Shown piece after piece: positions 53,859 through 64,000 of a stretch of 64,000 nucleotides of DNA (positions are counted from its first letter, which is position 1; every line of letters starts with the position of its first letter). The DNA is taken from contig NC_043002.1 in the NCBI RefSeq assembly GCF_006345805.1, positions 59,706,001 through 59,770,000 of the forward strand, in the 5' to 3' direction. The position numbers and the translations under genes were made by a program. The notes below the pieces were generated by a model. It did not search any database and was not told the DNA's origin. It saw nothing but the letters and a program-made list of their open reading frames with translations. The DNA comes from Octopus sinensis (Eukaryota).

Positions 53859-54587
53859 TAAAATAAGGAAAAGAATACTAACTTTTAACAGAAAAAAGTA
53901 TTACCAGGGATCATAAAGATACAGATACATGGGGGTGGGAGTTGAGAAGAGTGTCTGTGGTACATATAGTAGCATTTGTAAAATTTGCTAATTAAATTTC
54001 CATTAAAATATTGCAAAAAAGGTACCATACAACAACGCTATATACAGTTGTTTTTTTTACTGGTTTCAGTTACGCCCGGTCAATTTAAAATACACTGGTA
54101 TGTGCTTTTCTGATCGATGTGTTTGTACGGTAGTACATGTGCTTTTCACAGAAACCCAAGTAATTTGAATTCGCACTTGTGCGTGCATGTGTGTCCGGTT
54201 TCGTTATGTCAGTAAAGTTACAAATGCGACTCAAGTATATACACATGTATATGTATGTATGAATGCATTTCTGCATGTATGTATGTATGTATGTATATAT
54301 GTCATTGTGCAGTTTTAATTCAATATTTCTTGCCAACAGAGAAAGAAGCGGCTTCTAATCTAGATCCAAGGTGCCTTTTTAGAATTTCAACATCAATAAC
54401 ATTGTATTTTTGTATGTAAGTATGTATATATGTACACATACATGTGCATATATATGTATATATATATGTGCATATATGTATAAAACATATATATATATAT
54501 ATATATATATATAAACAAGCAAATTTAACTAGTTAAGAAAATCTTTATAAGAGATGAAAGCAATAATTGTACTGAGAAATCATTTTT

Positions 54588-55226
54588 ATCGCCACTCAAA
54601 CATGGCTGTTCCATAGGAACCTCTTCCATGTGGTATATTCGGTGCAAATTCTACCCGATATATATTTATTTGTTTATTGTCTACTAGGGGCTGAACATAG
54701 AGGGGACAAACACGGACAGAGAAAGGGATTAATTCGATTACATCGACCCCAGTGAGTAACTGGTACTTCTTTAATCGACCACAAAAGAATGGAAGGCAAA
54801 GTCGACCTTGGCGGAATTTGAACCTAGAACGTAACGGCAGACGAAATATCGCTAAGCTTTTCGCCCGGCGTGCTAACGATTCTGCCAGCTCGCCGCCTCC
54901 ACCCAACATATATTGCAAGGGGAGTGAAGCACTATGATGCTCCAGCTTGTTGATAATTTGACAGTACCTCATCGTGGTCGATATTCGCTCGCTAGAGATT
55001 GCAGTAGTTCATTCCAGCTCGCAATATATAGAAAACAAGCGACACAGCTACTAGTTTTGCCACAAGCAAATTAGCTTGTTAGAAAAACCTCTGTAAGAGA
55101 TAAAACAATAACTATAGCGAAGTAATGGTTATTGCCACGTAAACGTGGATGGAGTAGGCGTCCGTTTCGGGGCAAAAAGTAGCAGGAATGTCGGTTCCTA
55201 CAGAACAGCCATGTTTAAGTGGCGAT
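54588..55226. mobile_element. Candidate MITE with 34-bp terminal inverted repeats, carrying a SINE insertion
   Basis: atcgccactcaaacatggctgttccataggaacc (54588-54621) vs ggttcctacagaacagccatgtttaagtggcgat (55193-55226), 3 mismatches. Confidence 0.55.
54666..54897 (-). mobile_element. SINE (12105 family)
   Basis: ggcaaagtcgaccttggcggaatttgaacctagaacgtaacgg...gtgctaacgattctgccagctcgccgcc. Confidence 0.9.
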
Positions 55227-55239
55227 GAACATTACGCAT

Positions 55240-55307
<68 letters not shown>

Positions 55308-55308
55308 C

Positions 55309-55356
<48 letters not shown>

Positions 55357-55376
55357 GTACATATGTATATATATAT

Positions 55377-55865
55377 ATGTGAGGTATATTTTCCATTTCA
55401 ATATAGCTAACCATTAAGGGTAGGTGTTACTGTAGCTTATAGCCCCAGGAGAACATTTCCTCCATCTGGCTTTAGGCACATTTCTGTGCCCTAAGGTATT
55501 TGCAAAGGGAGGTCATCCTTTCCCCGTCAACCTAAGTGATACGCACGGACTGCAGTTTCTAGGTATTGACCTGTCATCAGCGTACGACAATCACCGGTTT
55601 TCGATGAAAGGGGTCACAATGCAAATACTTATATCATTTTTCCAGTAACGTTTCGTCACTGATCTCGAAAAACTGAAGGATGACCTCCCTTTGCAAATAT
55701 CTTAGGGCACAGAAAGTGTGCCTAAAGCCAGCTGGAGGAGATGTTCTCCTGGGGCTATAAGCTACAGTAACACCCACCCTTAGTGGTTAGCCATTTTGAG
55801 ATGGCAAATATACCTCACATTGTCGTGCAGTTATTGTCTATACCTCGTTCAGAGATTTATTATGT
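55377..55865 (-). mobile_element. (TA)n-flanked fold-back element, ~144-bp inverted arms, hammerhead in the spacer
   Basis: 55377-55520 is inverted at 55676-55820; homologous to 61055-61390. Confidence 0.9.
55536..55594 (-). ncRNA. Type I hammerhead ribozyme motif
   Basis: Minus strand: gtgat-tgtc-gtacg CTGATGA c-aggt-caat-acct-a GAAA ctgcag TC cgtgc-gt-atcac; bulged stem I, palindromic stem III, GUC site. Confidence 0.8.
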
Positions 55866-55872
55866 ATATATA

Positions 55873-55923
<51 letters not shown>

Positions 55924-56116
55924 CGCGTGTGTGTATATATAATTTTAATAATAAAGGATAAAATCGTTAAAATTTTATCAGTGGTCAGCATATAAAATAG
56001 ACCTATGAAGGTGAATTCATAATTGAGGGCACAGAAAAAAATATGCCTGTATCCTGAACCACGTTAAAATCGACTTAGCGTCTCTTTTCAGCTTATAGGC
56101 ATAGTTTTTTGTATAC

Positions 56117-56160
<44 letters not shown>

Positions 56161-56234
56161 ATATTAGGGAATAAATCCAAATTTACAGGGAAAAAATCAG
56201 ATTTAGGATTAAATCCAATTTTATAGTAAAATAT

Positions 56235-56409
56235 TATAAAATATTATTAGAGACAAAACCACTATTTTGCAAAACAAACAAGGAAAGACTTAATCAATAC
56301 ATAAAATTTTAATAAAATTTTTGACTATTTATTAAAATTTTATGTATTGATTAAGTCTTTCCTTGTTTGTTTTGCAAAATAGTGGTTTTGTCTCTAATAA
56401 TATTTTATA
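56235..56409. repeat. Perfect 82-bp inverted repeat with 11-nt spacer
   Basis: 56235-56316 is the exact reverse complement of 56328-56409. Confidence 0.97.
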
Positions 56410-57015
56410 TATATATATATATATATGAACACTAACAGTTGGAGATTGGTTCATTTACTACAGCTATTTCATACGAGTTATGATACGAGATATTGATGAA
56501 TTTAGTTATTGCATTATGCGAAAAAAAGAAACCGTTTTCTCCAGGTGAATATACAAGAATTTAAACATCTTAAAAATACTCCAAGAATCAACATTATGTG
56601 CCACTTCCTGATTCCTGTGTAGATTTAGTCATAGAATTATTTGCATACACTAGTATCTATTTTGTCTTGCGTTGAAGGTAGTGATATAGCAGATTCATTG
56701 TTAGCCTCTCCGATAATTACAAGCATTTCATCGGTAGATAGAAAAAAATATACCAGTCAAACAGTGGGTTAAATTTAATCACTTTGCCGACCCTCACGAA
56801 ATTTCTGATCTTGAACCGATATTACAAACCAATGTTTCAAGGAAACAAAATGAAATTTCCATATTCTTTTTTGCATTTTGTATCCAATTGAATTAATTTT
56901 ACATTATTTCTAATCAGGTATTTTTTTACAGATCCCCAATGGAATTTTGTCTTAATTGTGTTTTAATTGCATAAACCCCTTACAGCATGTATTAGTGACA
57001 AACATATATTTGTAC

Positions 57016-57370
57016 GTTAAATTCAACTTACGTTGAAAGTCAACGAACCTAGTTTGCTTTAGAAGTGTTGAGATGTATTGAAAGATACAGACAAGAACAT
57101 AATTTTATTCTCAATCGCAGGATAATGCTAATAATATAGCACGAATAGGATAAAATACTTGACGCATAATCACAGGGATGTGCGTTCGAGTCTCATCGCT
57201 GGCCGCCGACAGGTTTTTCTGCAAAATATGGATAATTTATCCTGCTCACGCTATATTATTAGCATTATCCTGCGTTTGAGAATAAAATTATTTCCTTATC
57301 TGTATCTTTCAATACATCTCAACGCTTCTAAAGCGAACTTTGTTGACTTTCAACGCAAGTTGAATTTAAC
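57016..57370. repeat. Imperfect ~135-bp inverted repeat enclosing a tRNA-like fragment
   Basis: Arms 57016-57154 and 57236-57370; spacer cttgacgcataatcacagggatgtgcgttcgagtctc, with a second similar fragment at ~57450-57520. Confidence 0.85.
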
Positions 57371-58027
57371 ATACGATAGCGTCTTATAAAGCTAGATTTA
57401 TATATCGTAAATTTGCGGAAGAATTTGTCGTTCGGGCTTAATGTTAAAACACTTGACGCGTAATCATAGGGATGTGAGTTCGAATCTTGTGGCTGGTGAC
57501 CGACAGATTTTATGCAAAATATGGATAGTTTATCATGTTCATACTATACTATACTGCCTTTGAGAATAACAATTTCCTTCTATGTTTGTACGGTATAATT
57601 TGTATGGAAAATTGTAAATAATAATGAAATACCTTGTTTTTCGTTTAACGTATGCTAATCTGTTTAGAAAATCCTTAATAAGATTTAGAGCTTTGTAATG
57701 GAGCTAAAGTTTCTGAAATAATTTCGTGTCGCGACTCACTCATCAACCTTTTCCTTGCTCTAACGGTTTCTGATCTAGGTACAAGAGCAGTAATTTCTCG
57801 AGTAGGAGGTAATCAAAACCATTAACCTCAGTACTTAACTAGTGCATTAATTTATCGACCCCATCGCTAATGCAAGGTATACATCACCTCAATGAGAAAT
57901 GAACCCAAATCAAAGAGAAACAAGCTTAATACGGCAAGGCATTTTTTGTACGACGCTGTAACAATTTTGTCAGCTTGTCACTATGTGCCTCTCTATAACA
58001 ACAATTTGGTATTTATTTTCCACTCTA

Positions 58028-58226
58028 GCCACAGGCCCAAAATTTTTCGAGAGGGGTGTCAGTCGATTAGATCAATCCCATTATGCGACTGGTACTTAAT
58101 CTATCGACCCCGAAAGGATGAAAGGCAAGGTCGACCTCAGCGGAACTTGAACTCAGAACGTAATGAGAGATGAAATACTGCTGAGCATTTTGGCCAGGCG
58201 TGCTAATCTTTCTGTCAGCTCGCTGC
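58028..58226 (-). mobile_element. SINE (12105 family)
   Basis: tcgaccccgaaaggatgaaaggcaaggtcgacctcagcggaacttgaactcagaacg. Confidence 0.9.
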
Positions 58227-58882
58227 TTTAACAATTTGGTATTTCGGAACACAAATACTTGACAGAAATGCATAGTTGAAAATGCAATCCGCCATAATTT
58301 GAGCATATGTCGTGCAGAGAACACCAGGTAAATTTGAAGATCAAGTAATAATTTTCTCACATGAGAAATGGTCAAAATGTAATTCATTGAGACACTTTGC
58401 TCTTTAGTTGCGTATCTCCAAATTATGAATAGAAATCATAAAAGAAAGGAATCGAGATTTCACTTTCTTTCACCATATTTTTGGATGATTTTCTAAACGT
58501 AACAACGGTTATTATATTAACGTCAATTGAATGGAACACGCTCATAATCTTCAAATATATGGGCTCTATCACACTGTGTCGCCTCATTATTACAGGGATT
58601 AGAAATTACAGCTGCTCTTGGATTAGATGCAGAGAGATTGCCTGTAAAATATTCTATAGAATTGCATTCAAATAAAAGATCAGAGATAAATGTTCGTACA
58701 TGTGAACGGCAAAGTTAATTTGAATCACCACAAAATGTAAATAAGGCTGCTTACAAATACCATACGTATCACGGATACACACGCAAGCACGACATTTTAT
58801 ACGAACATAAGACACAAACACACACAAACCTATCTACATTAGAAATATTTTTTAAATATCATTATGGCGATGGGTAAAGACA

Positions 58883-58931
<49 letters not shown>

Positions 58932-59200
58932 TATATATACGGAGCAAATAATTCACGAGAAAAATAATTAAGATATCATTGCCTATGCTATTATCTAGTG
59001 TAACAATTTTAAAATGACAATTACAGAATCAATAATATAGGCGATTACAAGCCCTTAAAAGCATTGAATAGCTGAAGGATAAAAATTAATTAAAAGATAT
59101 ACTAGGTATGTCTACCTGCTCGAAATAACAGTCAAAACTCTTATTTAAACCGCCAAAATACACTGATAATAACTGCAGAAATTATATATATATATATATA

Positions 59201-59869
59201 TTTTAAATTTTCACCTTATTTCCGAATTACACTACTTGGCGGTTGGAGTTATGGCTGCTCTTTCTGGTGGACGAATGGCCTGTTCAGGCCATTCCTAAAT
59301 TGTTATATTTATACATATTTAGTCTTTGACTATTTTCTCTTTTCATTAGGCCGCTGGTAGCGATAAATTTTTACTGAATTTTTGCTACCCTAAATTGATT
59401 AATTGATAATTTTCTGACTAATTCTGAGATTGAATCGGCAGTATATATTTGCTGCCGATAAGTTTGGCGCGAATGCGTTGGTCTTGAAAATTTTAAGACA
59501 GATATTCCCGAGGCATTGATACAGTAGCCTCGTGTATATCCGTCTCTCCCAGGTTTCTTTTACTGATGAAGTGTGACCTATGGTAGACTAGCTTAATTTA
59601 ATTTAATTAAGCTGGTCTATCATTAAAGACACCGAAACGATGCATCGTATAAAAGATGATTAGGGTAAATGTTTTAAATTTTCACCTTACTTCCGAATTA
59701 CACTACTTGGCGGTTGGAGTTATGGCTGCTCTTCTGGTGGACGAATGGCCTGTTCAGGCCATTCCTAAATTGTTATATTTATACATATTTAGTCTTTGAC
59801 TATTTTCTCTTTTCCATTAGGCCGCTGGTAGCGATAAATTTTTACTGAATTTTTGCTACCCTAAATTGA

Positions 59870-59874
<5 letters not shown>
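59201..59874 (+). mobile_element. (TA)n-flanked partial tandem: 203-bp direct repeats, 471-bp period, central hammerhead
   Basis: 59201-59403 is repeated at 59672-59874; (TA)n on both flanks. Confidence 0.92.
59556..59656 (+). ncRNA. Type I hammerhead ribozyme motif with extended stem II
   Basis: tctttta CTGATGA a-gtgt...atggtagactagcttaatt/aattaagctggtctatcat...acac-c GAAA cgatgcatcg TA taaaaga. Confidence 0.82.
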
Positions 59875-59957
<83 letters not shown>

Positions 59958-60080
59958 CAAATTATTACATTATATAAAAGGGCTTAGTAAAATAAATTAC
60001 TTTGCTTACTTCAGAAGCGATGAGAAGCCGAAAGGGTATGCTCCCACTTTCAGTGTTTTCAAATCCAAACCAAGGAGTTC

Positions 60081-60132
60081 TGAGCTGATGATAGAAATGT
60101 CGAGTTGACTAATCTTGAAACGTACGTTCTCA
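60081..60132 (+). ncRNA. Type I hammerhead ribozyme motif (copy 1)
   Basis: tgag CTGATGA t-aga-aat-gtc-gagtt-gac-taa-tct-t GAAA cgtacg TT ctca; stem II is weak. Confidence 0.65.
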
Positions 60133-60641
60133 AATAACCTTTGCATTTGATTTTTTAATGTCTTTACCCCCATACTTTCGTGAGTTGAATTGAGCAAACA
60201 CTATATGAAAGAGGTTTTCTTTAAGTATTAGAAATAGTTTTAAAAAAGTTTTTTTTAGCTACTCTTTCTAATGAGTTCAGTATGCGGCAAAGTAATTTAT
60301 TTTACTAAGCCCTTTTATATAATGTAATAATTTGAATTCGCCTTAAATGGTCCCTTTGCATGCTGAATACTTGGTGAAATTGATTAATAATTAATTAATT
60401 TTACCCTCAATTGTTGAAATTATAATTCATCTCTCTCTATATAATGCCTCGGATTTTACCGAAAAAAGCATAGTGTTTACTGATTTTAACCCACGCTGGT
60501 GGAAAGGGGAGAGCAGAAATTCTTCGCTTGCATATTTGAGTTTGCTGACACTGTTAGTTTCGAGCAGATCTTCAGAAGCGATAAGAAGCCGAAAGGGTAT
60601 GCTCCCACTTTCAGTGTTTTCAAATCCAAACCAAGGAGTTC

Positions 60642-60693
60642 TGAGCTGATGATAGAAATGTCGAGTTGACTAATCTTGAAACGTACGTTCTCA
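60642..60693 (+). ncRNA. Type I hammerhead ribozyme motif (copy 2)
   Basis: Identical to copy 1, 561 bp downstream. Confidence 0.65.
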
Positions 60694-61024
60694 AATAACC
60701 TTTGCATTTGATTTTTTAATGTCTTTACCCCCATACTTTCGTGAGTTGAATTGAGCAAACACTATATGAGAGAGGTTTTCTTTAAGTATTAGAAATAGTT
60801 TTAAAAAAGGTTTTTTTTAGCTAATATTTCTAATGAGTTCAGTATGCGGCAAAGTAATTTATTTTACTAAGCCCTTTTATATAATATAATAATTTGAATT
60901 CGCCTTAAATGGTCCTTTGCATACTGAATACTTGGTGAAATTGATTAATAATTAATTATTTTACCCTCAATTGTTGAAATATATATATATATATATATAA
61001 CAATATATATATATATATATATAT

Positions 61025-61054
<30 letters not shown>

Positions 61055-61056
<2 letters not shown>

Positions 61057-61390
61057 CAATAATAAATCTCTGAACGAGATATAAACAGTAACCGCTCGAC
61101 AACGTAAGGGGTATCAGCCATCTGAATGTGGCTAGCCACTGGGGGGGGGGTGTTACTGATGCTTTTAGCCCCAGGCGATCAACGTCACCAGAAGGACTTT
61201 AGACACTATCTCAGTGTCCTTGTGTTACTTGCAAAGGGAGGTCATCCTCCCTCGAAGACCCGAGTACTACATACGGACTATAGTTTCAAGGTAATTGCTT
61301 CTCGTCAACGCATGGTAAGCATCGGTCTTCGATGAAGGAGTCCCCTCGCAAGTAATATATAATGTTTTTCACCGTAACCACTGTCACTAT
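61055..61390 (-). mobile_element. Diverged homologue of the 55377 element with a decayed hammerhead (61270-61314)
   Basis: Minus strand: catgcg TTGACGA gaagcaattacctt GAAA ctatag TC cgtatg. Confidence 0.75.
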
Positions 61391-61483
61391 ATATATATAT
61401 TTATAGATCCATACATTTATATTTATATATACATATCTATTCACCCCCCTCACACATATATATTCACATAAACAAATATAGAC

Positions 61484-61895
61484 TCTTACTCTTAAACGCT
61501 TATACTTGTTTCAGTCATTTGACTGCGGCCATGCTGGAGCACTGCCTTTAGACGAGCAAATCGACCCCGGGACTTATTCTTTGTACGCCCAGTACTTATT
61601 ATATCGGTCTCTTTTGCCGAACCGCTAAGTGACGGGGACGTAAACACACCAGCATCGGTTGTCAAACAATGCTAGGGGAACAAACACAGACACACAAACA
61701 CGTACACACACACACACATATATATATACATATATACGACGGGCTTCTTTCAGTTTCCGTCTACCAAATCCACTCACAAGGCATTGGTCGGCCCGGGGCT
61801 ATAGCAGATGACACTTGCCCAAGATGGCACGCAGTGGGACTGAACCCGGAACCATGTAGTTGGTAAGCAAGCTACTTACCACACAGCCACTCCTG
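61484..61895 (-). mobile_element. Near full-length tRNA-derived SINE (26355 family)
   Basis: Minus strand: caggagtggctgtgtggtaagtagcttgcttaccaactacatggttccgggttcagtcccactgcgtg...gcatggccgcagtcaaatgactgaaacaagt. Confidence 0.92.
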
Positions 61896-62859
61896 TATTA
61901 TATATACGTGAATTTATATGTGCTTCAGTGTTCATATTTTCATGTTTATGCGTGCCAGTGTGTGCGTGCGTGTGATAATGCGTGTGTGTGTTTGTGTGTG
62001 TGTGTATGTGTGTGTGTGTGTGTGCTTGCGTGTGTTTGTGTGTTGGATTGAAACCATCTCAAACAAAATTTATAGAATTCAACTAGGAAACAAGAACCCA
62101 GACTAAAATAAGCAGAACTGATATCAGTCATACATGCAAAAGCTTTCGTAAAACACAGTAAAAAAAAAAAAACATTGGCATAAAACTAAATTAATCAACG
62201 AGAATCTTTGATCCCTGTGAAAGCCGAGAAAAACGAAGTATTTTAACCCGTAGCATTAGGTGACAAAACTACAACATTACTTGAAAATAAGGCATTTCGG
62301 GGTTATCGAATCAAATATGAGATGTGATTATATTTTATGTTATTTTTTAGGTCCTTAATGAATAATCAGAGAAACAAATTAAAATGTTCGATCTAAATTT
62401 CTTTCCATTTGATTAAACAACATCTAAAAGGCTGTAATTATTTTTCGTGAGGAAATAACGTAGCGATAGAAGAGAGAGAGAGAAACGGGTGTGAGTATAA
62501 GGAAGAGATATTACCCTGGTTGAAAGCTGAAACTTGTGCGGGTGTATGGGAATTAACAGGTTCTTTTGATACTCATTATGAATTGCTCGGTGAGGTAACT
62601 ATAACCTTCCAACTGAAGCAAATATAAAAATTGTAAGATAGTAATTAATATGAAACGAAATCATGATACAAACAGAAAATTGCTGAAAATAATTCCAGTG
62701 TTTAAGACAAAGTACAAGGAACTGAACTAAAATAGATCTCGTTTTCCATCACAGTGTTTCATTCTACTGTAAAATAGAACCGTAAGGATGAGTGGGTTGT
62801 GGTAATATTCATGCATTTTAGAATTGTTTAACTGAAATAAGATGGTTGCATTAAGAATC

Positions 62860-63019
62860 AAGATCGACTCCAGTACCCAACTGTTACTTAATTAATCGAC
62901 CCCGAAAGGATGAAAGGCAAAGTCGACCTCGGCGGAATTTGAACTCAGAGCGTAATGACAGACAGAAATCCCACTAAGCGTTTTGCCTGGCGTGCTAACG
63001 TTTTTGCCAGCCCACTGCC
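62860..63019 (-). mobile_element. SINE (12105 family)
   Basis: tcgaccccgaaaggatgaaaggcaaagtcgacctcggcggaatttgaactcagagcg. Confidence 0.9.
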
Positions 63020-63244
63020 TTAATGAACAAGTGATATTAATATGTGAAGGAAAATGTGAGTGCGGTGTTGCATAGGGGCGTGAGGAAAAATCTGGTGTTT
63101 TGATCAAAGGACTTCGGAAACGACGACCTGGGAACTAAATTGTTGAATTGTTACTATGGGTGTGTACTCTGAATTTAGTAACAATCCACTTGTTCTATGA
63201 TGAAAAACGTCCCACCTTGAAAAATGAAGTTCTTGCTAAGTCTT

Positions 63245-63365
63245 GCAAGTTGGCAGAATCGTTAACACGCTGGGTAAAATACTCAGCGTCGATTCATCTG
63301 TCTTTATGTTCTGAGTTCAAAATCTGCTGAGGTTGACTTAGCCTTTCATCTTTGGAGACCGATAA
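63245..63365 (+). mobile_element. Degenerate SINE (12105 family)
   Basis: gttggcagaatcgttaacacgctggg...ttctgagttcaaatctgctgaggttgacttagcctttcatc. Confidence 0.8.
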
Positions 63366-64000
63366 AAAAGGGTAAGGTAAGATTTATTTCAGACGTAGCT
63401 GTAGCACGTGGTTTAGCAACGCATTAGTTATAGTTATTGCCTTGGCTTCTTTCGTAGATGAATTTCAAGAAGGAGAGAAAAACGCGAGTCTGGTTTATAA
63501 GAAGGTTGTTTAGTCAATGCCATCAATCGCAGGGCTTGATTAGACAGTAACGGCAACCCCTGGACTTTGCTGTTTTCATTTCCAGAAATTATAGGGGCAG
63601 TTACTCAATCTCCATGGTGTATATGTGATAAAGAGCACGATACACTGCGCCTTCATCCACAGACTTGAGAAGTATGTCCTTTCACGTGCCTCGTAAGGGT
63701 GAGATGCAAGGTGTAAATCGACGGGATTTTAGCACAGAACACAACCACTGTTTCGTAGTTGCCTGTTCTTCAAAAAAATATCCCACTCCTTATGAAGCCT
63801 GATTTTAGTCAAAACCCATATTGGCATCTGTGAATTATGATGGAGATATGGTATAATATCGTAATAGATATACATTGTCGGCGGAAAATACATTTTATTG
63901 AGTTTTAGCTTTGAAACAGGCCGACGCTTGATGGTGGCAGATGTGAAACGAACAGAAACTGCAATAAACTAGGATTTACAATTTCATTCCTTGTCTCATG

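Larger units (their letters stand above)
59958..60980 (+). mobile_element. (TA)n-flanked element: 48-bp inverted leader plus 561-bp partial tandem with two hammerheads
   Basis: 60009-60420 is repeated at 60570-60980; 59958-60005 is the reverse complement of 60287-60334. Confidence 0.92.

Noticed and set aside
56041-56105. Minus-strand CTGAAAAGA-gac-gctaa-gtc-GATT
   Set aside because: Both core strands are mutated; not supportable as a ribozyme.
57155-57500. Functional tRNA genes
   Set aside because: Only partial arms; no acceptor stem or D arm, consistent with SINE heads.
62451-62625. Possible host exon (plus-strand open frame YKEEILPWLKAETC...; minus-strand AG/GT-bounded 98-nt segment)
   Set aside because: The plus frame lacks a pyrimidine-rich acceptor and any recognisable homology; the minus segment has stops in all three frames.

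Overview
AT-rich, microsatellite-dense eukaryotic DNA with no host protein-coding exon I can support. Nearly all long ORFs in the track are translations of (TA)n, (TATG)n, (TCTA)n, (TAA)n or (GAT)n repeats. The SINE families and repeat landscape most resemble an octopod cephalopod (inference, not searched). Recognisable content is a transposon graveyard: tRNA-derived SINEs, decayed LINEs (R4/Dong-like, CRE-like, RTE, CR1, L1/Tx1), Penelope-like (PLE) GIY-YIG remnants, mariner derivatives and a decayed DDE transposase. The standout signal is a set of type I hammerhead ribozyme motifs (CUGANGA...GAAA...UH with stems I-III), read by eye in about six unrelated non-coding elements beside (TA)n/(TAA)n tracts. 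The best case is a ~481-bp tandem array at 41850-44440 with one hammerhead per unit plus an inverted leading copy. Others lie in a 561-bp tandem, a 471-bp partial tandem and two fold-back elements. Together they look like non-autonomous PLE-derived or retrozyme-like elements that could release unit-length, possibly circular, RNAs. Activity is untested.
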